Source of the DNA: Eledone cirrhosa | Lineage: Eukaryota | Assembly (NCBI GenBank): GCA_964016885.1 | Contig: OZ024742.1 | Location: forward strand, 114,762,001-114,826,000 | Direction: 5' to 3' | Length of the DNA stretch: 64,000 bases | Shown here: piece by piece, positions 26,675 to 39,899 of the stretch | How the letters are laid out: every line of letters begins with the position of its first letter | How positions within the stretch are numbered: position 1 is the first letter of the stretch | Notes under the pieces: generated by a model | The model's database searches: none | What the model was told of the DNA's origin: nothing | The model's input: only the letters and a program-made list of their open reading frames with translations | Translations under genes and position numbers: made by a program

Positions 26675-28312
26675 GTTTCCACGAACCAAAGTATCGTCTT
26701 CCTGTCTTCCTCCGTTTGAAACGTTTTTTTAAATATTCACTTCTGCGTTAACAGTTTAATTTTGTTAGTTTCAGAAGATCCCGTTAAGGGGAAAAGCAGC
26801 GATTTTTGCTTACACTTTAATCTGTTATTATTTGATATATATTTATCCTTATCTATATTATCTATTATTATTACTATATATATATAGTAATAATAATAAA
26901 TTTGAAGACTAAAATCCAAAGAGGGCTCGATAATGATAAATATATATCAAATATATAAGAACCGTAGAGCAAATATTTATTAAAATAACAGATTAAAGTT
27001 GAAGCAAAGAATCGCTGCTTTCACCCTTAACGGAATCTTCTGAAACTAACTAAATACCTCGTTATGGTATAATGTGGGGCTGTAATACAGGAACGTTTTG
27101 TGCAATTTATGTTTACAAGCCGAAATTGCCTCAGAATTTTTGTTTAAGATGTGGTCTGTGGCGTAGAGTATTTCCAGGGCCTCAGCGGCGCAGAGGTCAC
27201 ATGGTCTTTTATTTCCGTTAGACGATCTAATCCTAGCTAGGATCTCCAAGTGTAACATATATTGAGTGTGGTTGTCTTTTAGACTTCAGATATAAGCTGA
27301 AAGTGACGTCATATTTATTCTTAGAGGGTAACGAAAAGAATTGCACAAAACTTTCCTGTATTACAGCCCCACATTATACCCTAACGAATAGTACGATCTA
27401 CACGCGGATATTTTACGTCTTGATGTGGTAGCCAAGTATATGTTATATTTATACCATTACTTATTTGCATAGGTAAGTATATATTACCTGTATGTTTTGT
27501 GAAGGTACGTATACTTTCTCGTACGTATATTTGATTGTATATGTTATGGCGTATATTTTATATATTCTGGTAAATACGCTTTTGATACGTTTCCGAACAT
27601 ATGTGTATTTACATGTAGGTATGTGTGTGCGCTTGTTATATACATATTTATTTATTTATATACGTTTATTTAATTATTTGTATACACGCACACACACATA
27701 CACATATTTATATGTGCGTGTAATTGTATACCTATGGCGAGTGTTTTCGGGTATGCTTGTGTATGTATGTATATGGATGCTTGTATGTAATTATTTAATT
27801 TCAATTACCTCTATATTTTATTTACTTTATTCTTCACTGTGAAGCGGAGAATCATTCGGTTTCCTAGTTAGAATTTTAGTGTACGACTTCAATTATATCA
27901 TTTACGTGGTTTTGTCTTTGCGTGCAATTGTTCTCCCCCTGATCCACTTATGACCTATTATCTTCGTTTTTTTTTCGTTCATTGCAAGAGAACGTCTCTA
28001 TGAACCACCTAAGAGAATATTAGTCTACGACTTCTTTTATACCATAAACGTGGTTCTGTCTTTGCGTGTAATTGTTTTTCACTGCTCCGAATAATGACGT
28101 ATTATATTCGTTTTTCCCCATTCTTTGCCAGGGAACGTTTCCATGAACCAAAGTATCGTCTCCTCCTGTCTTCCTCCGGTTGAAACGTTTTTTGAGATAT
28201 TCACTTCTGCGTTCACAGTTTGATTTTGTTAGTTTCAGATGATCCCGTTAAGGGTGAAAGCAGCGATTCTTTGCTTAAACTTTAATCTGTTATTTTAATA
28301 AATAAATATATA
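26675..28312. mobile_element. Rearranged Penelope-like (Naiad-type) element: GIY-YIG C-terminus and three pLTR/hammerhead segments in alternating orientation (family D)
   Basis: Minus ORF 27046-27258 reads CDLCAAEALEIL..ILNKNSEAISACKH. 27342-27387 is the inverse of about 27059-27105. The plus-strand 3' UTR has a ~143-bp tandem duplication (27868-28150). HHR copies are at 26767-26816(+), 26997-27047(-) and 28231-28281(+). Confidence 0.8.
28231..28281 (+). ncRNA. Type I hammerhead variant with CAGATGA core (family D, best copy)
   Basis: AGTTT-CAGATGA-tCCCgttaaGGGt-GAAA-GCAGcgattctTTGC-TT-AAACT. All three stems pair. Confidence 0.7.
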
Positions 28313-30025
28313 TATGTGTGTGTGTATACATGTGTGCATATGTGTGTGTGTTTGTGTCTGTGTATGTGTGTGTAAGCATGTATTTGTTTGTGTGTGTATC
28401 GATCGGTGTATGTGAAAAACAAAAGGTGTTAGCCATACAGAGCGGAGGTAGCTCTATTCAAAACAGTGTAGCAGTATCTGAATACTTACTTTATGTTAGA
28501 TATGAAGTCTCCTTGTTACGTAAAATTCCTAATTAAAACCATTTCCTCCGTATCGACGTAGTCAATAGGCATAACATATTTTTAATACAGTATATGTTTT
28601 GCTCTGATAATACAAGATGGTCACGGCGTGAAGGTATGTTTCTTGAGAATGTTGGATAATGAGTAACAAGGACATACACATCAGCCTTACCACCAACAAA
28701 GTAGTAGAAAACAAGTAAATAATTCGATTCAGATTCGTTGTTGCCACTCTTCAAGTGTGAACAGGGAGAGAACGCTACACTCCGAGCGCACTTTAACCAG
28801 CAATTAATAGATTTAATATTCCATTTGCGAAATATATATGCCGTTAATAAAATGATTGTTAAAACACCCATACTCCACTGACAAAAACTCTTCCCAACAG
28901 TAAAACAGCATACGCTGAGTGAACACATGGGAGAATAAAATATGGATAGAGAGTCTGCTGTTTATCCCATCTGTCTAATGCCAAAGAAATTCCAGTTCCG
29001 ACCACCACTTTCCTACCATGCCTTGTTGGATAAGATTTCACAATCCAACTTAACTTTCAGTTATACAATAAGAATAAAACGATTGTACTTATAGTAGTAT
29101 AGAACGTTCTTACATATATGTAAATATTAGTATTGCGCTAGTTTTCAGTTTCCAGTGCGCGGAGAGAAAATAATTGAACTGACGATGGGATACCACATAC
29201 CATATTGTATTACGTATACATAAGAAATTTGTCTCATTAAGTATCATGTGAATTATGAGATATATTCTCCAATTTTAGATGTGAGATGGTATTAAATGTG
29301 TTTGGCGATACAATTTGTCTCTTATTGTAGCTCCTCAATTCTAATTTCAAGATATATCGAAGATTGCATGCATATATTTCTGTTTAGTTGAGGGAAGAAT
29401 AAATTACAGATGCCATCCTTATCGATTGATATAGAAACATTGAGAACAATCAGAATGTATATTGGGCATGCAGTATTGTATATAATTGGAAATTGTTTGA
29501 TTTTAAGATCGCTATTTAAACCTGCAGCAATTGCATCACGAAACAGTAAATTCATCCTTCCAAATTCAAAATTTGTGACAAAGATTTATCATTCCAGAGT
29601 CACGATTTCATTACTACAATTTAGATTCTTCATGAATCTACCGCTTACCAACGGAGGATGGTAATATATAGGCATATATAATGTTATTGCCGCAGTATGA
29701 TTTCAGCCCATCGTTTGGTATAGGATAACGATGAAAAAAGTTATATATAACGATATATAGTTATGCATAAATACAGACACATACACACGGAAAAACAACT
29801 TCATCCACAGACACTCACACACAAGTATAAATATGCATAATGTGTGTGTGTATATATATATATATATGTATATATGTGTGTGTGTGTGTGTGTGTGTATG
29901 TGAGTGTACGTGTGTGTGTATGTGTGTGTGTGTATGTGTGTATGTGTGTATGTGTGTGTGTGTGTGTGTGTGTATGTGTGTGTGTGCGTGTGTATGTGTG
30001 TATATATATGTGTAGTTGGTAGCGT

Positions 30026-30535
30026 GTAACATCCTCATAGACCCTCCCTGAACCAGAGGTGCAGTTTGAAATGACAGAGCTGCAGCTAAAGGAAGTCGGG
30101 GAGGTTGTTCGCAGAGCAAGGGCAAGCTCTGCTCAAGGACCAAGTGGCACTTCATACAAATTGTATAAGAACTATACCAAACTTCTGCTGCGTCTGTGAA
30201 AATTCCTGCGAGTCTTCTGGAGAAGAAGGAGGATCCCAGAACAATGAAGAGTAGCTGAGGGGTTGTGGTTCCCGAAGGAGGAAAACTCCACCCACATAGA
30301 TCAATTCCGCATCATCTCCCTGCTGTGTGTGAAGACAAAGATCTTCTTCAGCATTGTTTCCAAACGGGTCAGTGCCTGCCTGGGTCAGTATTCCTACATC
30401 AATACATCAGTGCCTGCCTGGGTCAGTACTCCTACAACAATACATCTGTACAGAAGGGTGGCATTTCGGGAATACCAGGCTGTCTGGAGCATACCGGTGT
30501 GGTAACACAGCTGATTCAAGAGGCAAGATAGAACA
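30026..30535 (+). mobile_element. HERO-clade (RLE-type) non-LTR RT fragment
   Basis: RASSAQGPSGTSYKLYK, FPKEENSTHIDQFRIISLL, VQKGGISGIPGCLEHTGVV. It has stops and a 39-bp internal duplication. Confidence 0.75.
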
Positions 30536-31287
30536 GGATAGACTAACACTGGGGGAACTAAAAGGACGAAAAAACGGGTCAGTACTATACGAACATGCTA
30601 GACAACAACATGACGGTAACATAGACAAGATAGAAATTAGAATAATATCTAAACATAGGAATGACCCAGCAGATAGGCAAATCAGAGAGGCCAGTGAAAT
30701 AGAAATTAGAAGACCAAAGCTAAACAGAAATAATGAATGGAACAACAACAACACCCAAACAAACAACACTGACCTAAGAGAAGTATAAATAAGTAAATAA
30801 AATAAAATAAAATAAGATAAATAAATACATACACAAGCACATAAACACACACTAGTCACCCAGCAGACACAACACTATACACACTAGTCACACAGCAAAC
30901 ATGACACTATACACACACGCAAACGCATGCGCTAAGAAGACAAAATAAAATAAACAAACAAGCAAATAAATAAATAAATATATAGACAGACTGAATAAAA
31001 AATGGCGTAGACATACAACACAACAGGAGGAAAAAATATAACACCACTGACGATGTTGCAGATGTGCAACGAAAGATTTATGTAAAATATGTAAACTATA
31101 TATATGTGTTTGTGTCTATATTGTATCTGTATTATTTTTGACCGTCGGTCAGTCAATGGCAACATTGAGGACCGATTAAGTTAGATCGCAGATATAAAAG
31201 ACAGCGAGAAGCGAAAACCAACCAAACAGTGAGTGTGTTCTGTTATTAATTCTGGCAATATTACACAAATATGACTCTCCCCAAGTA

Positions 31288-31290
<3 letters not shown>
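30536..31290 (+). mobile_element. Penelope-like element 3' fragment (GIY-YIG C-terminus and 3' UTR with hammerhead)
   Basis: SVLYEHARQQH...DPADRQIREASEI...PKLNRNNEW with stop at 30788, followed by an HHR-like motif and then (TA)n. Confidence 0.65.
31043..31084 (+). ncRNA. Minimal hammerhead-like motif (family E)
   Basis: CA-CTGACGA-tGTTGCAgatgTGCAAC-GAAA-GATT-TA-TG. Stem II is a perfect 6 bp, while stems I and III are weak. Confidence 0.55.
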
Positions 31291-31371
<81 letters not shown>

Positions 31372-31454
31372 AAAGTACTATTTAAAACTGTTGGGATACA
31401 ATAAGTAAATATTTTTATAACTGATATAAGGCACTCGACAAGTATTTGGAGTCG

Positions 31455-31822
31455 ATATACGATATTAATAAATGGAAACTATATTTATAAAACCATATTT
31501 ATTTCATTATACATATTTCAGGGATACCAAATTAAATTATGGTATGCCTTCATCAGACAAAATACAATATATAACAGTTTTACAAATAAGCTTTAACGTA
31601 CACTTTTAAAATGCACACATTTATTTTGGAAGCCATCCGGATAGCTTCCCCAAAAAATGGTTGCATTTTAAAAGGGTACGTCAAAGCTTATTTGTAAAAC
31701 TATTATATATTGTATTTTGTCTGATGAAGGCATACCATAATTTAATTTGGTATCCCTGAAATATATATAATGAAATAAATATGGTTTTATAAATATAGTT
31801 TCCATTTATTAATATCGTATAT
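31455..31822. repeat. Long fold-back palindrome (~180-bp arms) with one hammerhead per arm (family F)
   Basis: Near-perfect inverted arms centred on GGAAGCCATCCGGATAGCTTCC (31629-31650). Confidence 0.92.
31713..31777 (+). ncRNA. Type I hammerhead ribozyme (family F); mirror copy at 31500-31564 on minus
   Basis: TATTTTGT-CTGATGA-AGGcATACCA taatttaatt TGGTATcCCT-GAAA-TATATA-TA-ATGAAATA. Stem I is 8 bp with two G-U pairs, and stem III is palindromic. Confidence 0.8.
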
Positions 31823-31921
31823 ATTAAAGCATTACCGACTATCAGCCCGGGAAATATCAATGATTTGAAACAGCAGGAGTAAATTTTGTTTCTTCCTCGT
31901 GTTTTTTGTTTTTCAACTATT

Positions 31922-31980
31922 AATGTCAGATGAGGTTATAAATGTTGCATAAGATTTATCATCGAAATATATATAACAGT
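31922..31980 (+). ncRNA. Type I hammerhead variant with CAGATGA core (family G)
   Basis: AATGT-CAGATGA-GGTTATAAAT gttgcataag ATTTATCATC-GAAA-TATATA-TA-ACAGT. Stem II pairs at 9 of 10 positions. Confidence 0.65.
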
Positions 31981-33482
31981 GATCGTATAACATATTCTAG
32001 GTATGTCAGGATAAAAACCTTATCTGACGAGGGAAACTCACTATTCAAAGCACCATTTGCAATGTAGAGGCGTCCAGATCGTTTTTAATATAAACCACCA
32101 GGGTTATATAGGACAAATATAGGACAAAATATAGGACAATATAGGAATAGGTGTCTTTATGATTGTTCATTTACAATAATTTAAAACATTACATCTTTCA
32201 CAGATTTCATGATTTTCAAAGGTTAAGTGAGACAGAGGTAGAGATATATGTGGCTATTTCGACTGGTGAGCGGGGTTGACAGTGGAATTTTAACAGATAC
32301 CGGATCCGAATATATGCTGCGAATATGTTGACACAGACAAAATGGAAATATACTCTAATAGCATGTTCTACAACGAAAGGAATAAAAAGGTCTGCAATGG
32401 ATTGAGTGTGATATTTGAATGCTTAATATTAATTTTTCATATTAAGGAACCAATGACTCTTGTGTGTATTGTTTTAATTATATATGTTTAATTATTTAAA
32501 ATATGTATCATTGCATTTTCCAAATGACTTTCTTTGGATACGCGACTAGATGTTCTCCACATGAAAATCACATCTGGTGTTAGAGTTGTCACTAAAACTA
32601 TAGCCGTGCTGTTTTTAAGGGTTTCACCCAATGTTATCTATGAGAGTCCTTTCTACTTTTTATCATTTAGTGTAAATTTTAAACATTATATATTTTTTTT
32701 ATGAGAGGGTTGCTGAAATCTATAATTTCTCTTATAATTACTATGCTGCATTTGGTGATGTACGTATGATAGGTATAAACAAACGATGTCAAAAATAAAT
32801 GACATACCAGTAAATTGAGAGGCAAACTCGTTCTAAAAAAGTCACAAATTAAACAGATATCTTCTTAAATGAATAATAGTAATTACTTCAATGTAAGAAA
32901 GAATATGATATACCCACATTTCAAACAATTCCCAATCACATCAAATATTACACCCACAGAGCAAATAATGTATCTTAACTTTAAGTAACAAAACCTACAC
33001 ATCAGCTTACCACCATTAACAAACATTCTAGTAAAACATGCCATTTCAAAGAAAGTAAAAAACGAATCAGAAACGTAGTACTATCTGCATACATTCCCTC
33101 CGTATTGCAACCCACCTCTTAAAACAATAGGGCGTATACAATTAAGGAAAGTGCAAATAATTTCTCAAGCTACAGAATGTGAATATTAGACTCAGAATGT
33201 GAGTGAAATATACACATGTTCAAGTTTTCACACTCTGGAACTGTATTCATTGGATTTTCAGATAAGTGTTGATATAGTCATTTATGAATCTTGATTAAAT
33301 AAAAACAAAGCAGGAAACTAACCTTTTAAATAGGAAATATCAGTACTTGAGACATCCTAAATGAGACCAGATGTTTGAGGGTTGTGCTCGTCTTGAAAGA
33401 GCGATTCAAAACAAACATTATCCATGAAATATTGACCTATTAACAGAGTGATTCATCTCACCAGGACATTATTTCAGTTCAC

Positions 33483-33670
33483 GGCGGTGGATTGGCAGTA
33501 TCGGTCGAATTTCGGACGCCATGCATTCCAGCATAGTTACGTCCCTTTACAATCTGAGTTCAAATCCCGCCGAGGTTGACGTTGCCTTTCATCCTTACGG
33601 GGTCGATAAAATAAAGTACCAGTAATGCACTGGATAATTGCTGTCCTTTTGCCTAAAGTAGAAACAATTA
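33483..33670 (+). mobile_element. Full-length tRNA-derived SINE with target-site duplication
   Basis: A and B boxes are present. The direct repeat ATTATTTCAGTTCACGGC occurs at 33468-33485 and 33667-33684 and overlaps the SINE ends. Confidence 0.92.
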
Positions 33671-35261
33671 TTTCAGTTCACGGCAGGATATGTGTGATAA
33701 ACCTCTCATATAACAACTACAAATGAACCATCGATTTTGTATGTATAAACATGTGCTCAATTACATATATATTTAAATAGAACTTCAGCTTCTACCAAAT
33801 TCAATGTATTGTTTTCTTTTTAAATTGTTACAAATGAATTATATAATACAAATATTCATCTTTGAAATATATTTGTATACCAATTCTTTATTACACTATT
33901 GAACCATGGTTTCATAAGTTCATTATGTAGTAAATGTAATTGCTGTTGGGCTGGTGTTCGTTATTCCGATTTCCTCGAGTACATCCTCATTTCTTGAAAG
34001 AATACGTATATCATCAATATATACATATATATTCACGGATCTATGAATGTTTAATACGAGTTAACAGACGTAAGTATTTATATCTCTTTGGTACTAGATA
34101 TGAACTAGTAAATATCCTGATCTCGATTCTAAGTTTATCATGGTATACTACGTGACTATACAAATCCATACTATATTACTTATAATTTGATCTACTTAGA
34201 ATTATTTCGTTACACACTCCAGGAAATTAAAATCAACCCATTATAAATGACAGCCACATCTCTCAAATTATACCCTTTCATTAAATATGCTGGGAATATC
34301 AAGGGCAAAGTTCTCTTAGAAAAGTAAAGACTAGGAAAAGTAAGCGACACATATGGCTGAAGCGGCATGTATTTAAACATATCGATAAGTTTGAGCAGGC
34401 GGGTATACTTAGGACATTTGACAAGTAACTGAACGTTGCTTTGTCCAGGAAACTTAAAATAAATACGGAAACAATAATTCACTATCATCTAGATGAAACT
34501 GAAGAATTCTTACAAACTTAGGTTTGTGTGTTAATTTCCTCTCACTGAAAATATTCTCAAAGTTGATTATTTTTGTTTATGCATGAGAAACAAACATAAA
34601 TGAATAAAGCGGAGAAATATATTTTGTTAAGTAGTTCACTGCAAAATAACTTGGGTTTGGGGTAACTCTCTCAGCATAGAAGCTTGGGCAATAGATTTCT
34701 AATATAACCCAAGCTTGTCCAACGCTGTATGAGTTAAATGTTGTAGAAAAGGGGACAAGATATATTAAAATCAGTCTGTTATTGATTGGGATTGTGAAGA
34801 ACAGACAATTAGGCAAATGTATTACCACACTGATGACTTGGTTAACGTAAAGTAAGATTTTCAGGGAACAACCTCTAGTGTTTATCTGAAGATAGTAATG
34901 GATAGGTGAACATGGGTGACAGAGTAATCATTGAACAACAGTCCTCATGATTCATTATCAGGGAGTTTAAATTCTTCATACGAGCATTAGCTATAGATGT
35001 AATGTTTGGAAAAGTGGAACAACGAGGTAGAATAAAGGATAGCTGTTGATACTTCTGAGTTCTTCCGTGATGTGATGTATTTATGTGTATACATAAAATG
35101 TGACCAACAATTACACTACACAGTTAATATGAATGATGGGGGTGGCCTTTTAATATCCAACAACCCTTGAACAGGTAGCAATGGATCGCATTCCTCAGTA
35201 GCGCCCGAATGTGCCCTGCCCAAAAAAACACACACACACACACATGCGCGCACGGCCATAC

Positions 35262-35320
<59 letters not shown>

Positions 35321-35344
35321 CATATATATATATATATATCTATC

Positions 35345-35495
35345 TAAGGCGGGTAAAATTCCCGAGATCCATGGACGAGTTCTCTCCAGCGGTCTCTGTC
35401 CCTCATTATCGCTGCCATATCCTGCATCTCCAACAGACCAGTGTCTGTCCTTAGGGCATCAACATATGTTAACCTTGGTCTTCCTCTTCTAGTGT
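35345..35495 (-). mobile_element. RTE-type LINE extreme 3' fragment in (TA)n
   Basis: Minus translation RRGRPRLTYVDALRTDTGLLEMQDMAAIMRDRDRWRELVH. Confidence 0.7.
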
Positions 35496-35497
35496 GT

Positions 35498-35539
<42 letters not shown>

Positions 35540-35598
35540 GAAAGTGAGGTTTTTGTTACAAAGTAAAAAAAAACCGAGGTGCCCTACACGAGTGAATG

Positions 35599-35821
35599 TA
35601 TAAGGAGAAAAGATGAAATCGAAAATACAACTGTGGAGTCTTTATTTTTAATTATATTTATTTGGTTCCTTTACCGGTTCCGCAGTTGTTGTGCCTTGAG
35701 ATCGAGTCCATCTCAATTCTGCTTTTGAAAAGCACAAGAACTGCGATACCGGTAAAGGAACCAATTAGATATATTTTTCTTAAAAAAAGACACCTGTTGC
35801 ATTTTCGATTTCATCTTTTTT

Positions 35822-35828
<7 letters not shown>
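35599..35828. repeat. Inverted repeat (~95-bp arms) containing a decayed minimal hammerhead (family H)
   Basis: Arms are 35599-35694 and 35732-35828. 35722-35757 reads CTT-TTGAAAA-GCAcaagaacTGC-GATA-CCGG-TA-AAG, and the other arm has GGAA-CCGG-TA. Confidence 0.75.
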
Positions 35829-35905
<77 letters not shown>

Positions 35906-36492
35906 TATTCAAACATAACCAAACATAACCAACCTTCTTGTTTGTGTTTCAACGTACGCTCCGGAAAGTGACTCTGAGTCAAAAGTGGTTTGTAGAGTTA
36001 GCGGGGGCGGTAGTGAATCTGCTAACGTCTCAGTTCTACCATGGTTAACAACGTTATTTTTCCAATTGAAGAAACCATTGAAATATAAATTTGAAAGCAT
36101 AGGAAACGGAGAAGGATTTCAGGTAGATCCTATCAACACAATCTTCATACGGTTTGAATATACAGAAAGTAAGCAATAGCAAAATGGCTAAATATCTGCA
36201 GAAGAGCACCCATGTGCCTTGACCTGATTGCCGTTCTGTACCATTAAAGTGTAAAAGGTTAAGGCCCGAAAACCTCGATTGATGGGGATTTCTTCTAAGC
36301 AGAACTTCGACTATCCAGCTCTCCTGAGAGTTTCTTAACACTGTTTTCGTCATGTGTCTAAGCACCATTTAAGCTAAGTAGGTGTGAGCTATTAATTAAA
36401 ATACGGAAAATACGTATATTCTATTATCATGTATCAACATTTACAAACTATATATTAGTACACTGGCTAAATACACGAAGTCATATAAAATA

Positions 36493-36999
36493 CTAGCTGA
36501 GGTAAGGATCTTCGCTCGAGTGAACAGATAATTAGTGAAGACCGGTAGAACACAAAACTACGTTATTAAATGCCATGTGTCATTTATAGTTTGAAGCGAA
36601 ACCGTAGTTTGTGTGACAAAACAAAAACAGGAAAAATTCTTCCAAATACACCATATGTTTAATTTTACCCTTCGTGCATAGTGTAATAAGTATTTTAGCT
36701 GTACCCACTATCATTGTTTATTGGGAGAAACCGATTCTCTGATATTCAATCCTACAACTTGGAGATTATGACCCTGAGCTTTATTTATGGTAATAGCAAA
36801 ACTGAATCTAGCAAGGAATTGAACGACAGCTCAGTAGAGAAAGGGATAAGAGAATTGTTGATAATTACCTCCAATAATAGTGAGCTCTAGGGGATGGTTC
36901 AACACCCGCGCTCAAAATGTCAAGCATTGGACAATGCATAGGCGTGGCGTCTATGTATTATATAATCTCTAGATATTAAATATAAGTAATTACTTATAA

Positions 37000-37044
<45 letters not shown>

Positions 37045-37347
37045 CCAACATTCGAATGACTGAAGACACTCGCCGCGAAACAGTATTATCGCTGACAACG
37101 CAAAGAGAATCCATTATGGTAGTCTCCCAGCCTACTTGAAATAGCAGTCGGGTAGGATAGCATACCCATGATATTTGTCCTCTTTGAATTTATGAATAAA
37201 TGATTAATAAACCTCCCTGGGTATACCCTTATTCCGTCGATTTACCTATTTTCAATTGTCAGTGTTCATTTATGTGTGGTGTACGAAGGCACCAACCAAC
37301 CAGCCCACAAACAAACATCTATCTTTTATATTATACAAAGATATAGA
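36493..37347 (-). mobile_element. Non-autonomous Helitron
   Basis: Minus strand starts A|TCTATAT..ATAAAA..GTTTGTTTG and ends CGAGCGAAG..CAGCTAG|T. Confidence 0.65.
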
Positions 37348-38209
37348 TGACTAAATTAGTAAACTGAATCTAGTATATATTGCATTTGCTAATATTTACA
37401 TTTGATAATACCTCAGGGATTATAATTAAATTTATTGAATTAGCATAAATTAAATACATAACTCAATTGCAACGCACTTCTTATAATTACATATTTTTTG
37501 TTCATATTACTCATTCTATGATTTATGTTAAACATGTTTTATATTAAATATATATATATATAAACAAACGGAGAAAGAATAAAACATGAATATTTTAGTG
37601 GAGGATTTTTTCTCATGCATAAACCACAAACGTAAATTGATTTAAAAATGTAACTTCATGTAGATTAAGAAAACACTTAAAATCTGAATCTTTTCTGCTT
37701 GCATTTTTTAGTAAACTCTTATTTTCTCAATCGTAATATTAATGATTTTGTTTGTTTATTTAATGGTTATCAAATATTTAATATTTAAATAATAATACAA
37801 CTGCTCAAGTATTGGAGTGATTCCAATAATTTCTTCATATTTAGAAATAACACTTGACATTTGGTTTACACACGTTTAATGACTAAGACACACTCCTGTA
37901 ATATACAATGATCTATACATTTCCAAGCAGCTCAATGCCTATTCGTAACATCATATCAAGCAAATGCATGATCCAAGTTAATTAACTGTTAACACTGGTC
38001 TGTTATATTGTAATCAGGAGGAAATGTTTTTCGAAATACATAGCGGTAATCGATTTAGTTTAATTATTTATTTGTTCTGTGTACAGAAGAATAGCTGAAA
38101 ATGATTATTTTCATTCACATAGAATTAGAAAAGTGTTGATATATATACGTTACATTTACCTTAGTACTAATACAGGCTATGTTTTCGTATAAATATGTAT
38201 TTTATTAAT

Positions 38210-38509
38210 AATTGTATCTACTTTTGGCACAAGGCCAGTAAATTACCCAGTTCATTACTGGTACTTTATTTTATCGACGCGGTAAGGATGAAAGACAAAG
38301 TTAACCTCGACGGAATTTGAACTCAGACCGTAAAGGGACGTAACTATGTTGGAAAGCATGACATCCGGCTATCTACCGATACTGCTAATTCACCGCCTTT
38401 GTATTTTAATAATAATTGTTTCTACTTTAGGCACAAGGCCAGCAATTACCCAGTGTATTACTGGTACTTTATTTTATCGACCCCGTAAGGATGAAAGGCA
38501 AAGTCAACC
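38210..38509 (-). mobile_element. Two tandem copies of the tRNA-derived SINE (full 38210-38397, 5'-truncated 38414-38509)
   Basis: Same consensus as the other copies. Confidence 0.85.
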
Positions 38510-39155
38510 TTTTAATAATAATGATCTATTTTTTTATGTAGGAAAATTATATATTAGAAGCAGCGATCCAGAATAGAAACTTGAATAATTCTCACTGTCT
38601 GAAAGTGAATCCACTATCTTTCATTAGTTCAGTGATTACATTAAAAAACATATGTACAGTGTATCCACTTCTTCTTTGAGGTAAATTCTGTATAATATAC
38701 AATATTGGCTATCTAAATAGCATTACTTGAGTGAAACTAATACCCTAAAGAATAGAAAACAAATTCTTTACAACATGAATGCGTAAATTGCCTTTGAATT
38801 ATCCCAATTCAGCTACTGTTCTTTTCTATCTCCACGTGAAGCGTATTATTACGTGTAATAATAATCCGTTGACTGTTTCTTAAACAGAGTGAAAGAAAAT
38901 TGAATGGAAACAGTACATGGAAAATGGATACAGCCTCTCACCTCCATTTATTCCGCTTTTTTAACTAAACGCAACTATTACGACATAAGAATCACGACGC
39001 CCCTCCCCCCTCCTCATTCTAGTGTATTTTTAGACTTAGATAATTTATATCTATATAGATGTACTACTACTGTTATTACTGCAAGTTTTACTACTACGAC
39101 TACGTCTACTAATACGTTGACTAATGCAAATGCTATTACTACTATTACTTATAAT

Positions 39156-39362
39156 AATTGTTTCTGATTTAAGTTTAAGGCCAACAAACTCAGGGTGCGT
39201 ATGCTAATGTGAAACCGACTCCAGCACATTGTTTTACCGACCCCGTAAAAGTGAGAGGCAAACCTAAACTCGGCGGGATTTGAACTCAGAACATACATGG
39301 AGACAACTCTATTCTGCAAACCATGTTATCAGATGCACTGCCAGTACTGCCAATTAGCTGCC
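39156..39362 (-). mobile_element. Older, diverged copy of the tRNA-derived SINE
   Basis: CGACCCCGTAAAAGTGAGAGGCAAA..CTCGGCGGGATTTGAACTCAGA..TACTGCCAAT. Confidence 0.7.
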
Positions 39363-39899
39363 CTTATATTTCAAAAAAATATTATTTATTTATTGGTCTA
39401 ATTTTAAAAAAAATGAAAACAATTCCATAAATGAAGCAGTAATAATAAAAAATATAATTCTAAGAGCACCCTAAAAAGCAGTCATACCTTCTAAACTCTC
39501 GAGCGTACAAGCCCATTCATTCGGATTATCCTCGCTACATTCATCCACATTTATCACATGTAATAAGGGGTAGCAGGGCCCTCCATTCCATGTAGGATTT
39601 GAAAAGGTTGATGAAGGCTTAACCGAAGTGGAAAGTGTCTGTCTCTAGATATTTCACCCGTGTCTATCACACATATTATTTTGCTACAAGCCCCAGAAAA
39701 CGGAGAATTGACTCCCATTCTGGCCAAAAGAAGGCGGTAATGAGATGTTATCGATTGAATGAATTAATAACCAGATTCGACCTAAACGCGGTATTAGCTG
39801 TTCGTCATAACTCCACATGTTAATAATGCACACAGGTGTGCATGCAGAAACGTTTCGAATGTCTGTTCGCGTCTCAGATAGGTACATCAGACAAATTTC

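Noticed and set aside
28533-29664. ORFs of 60-131 aa as host exons
   Set aside because: No recognisable motifs or clear splice structure.
37069-37110. CTGAAGA-cactcgccgc-GAAA-CAG..CTG-AC hammerhead-like motif
   Set aside because: Stem II and stem I do not pair and the essential U16.1 is absent.
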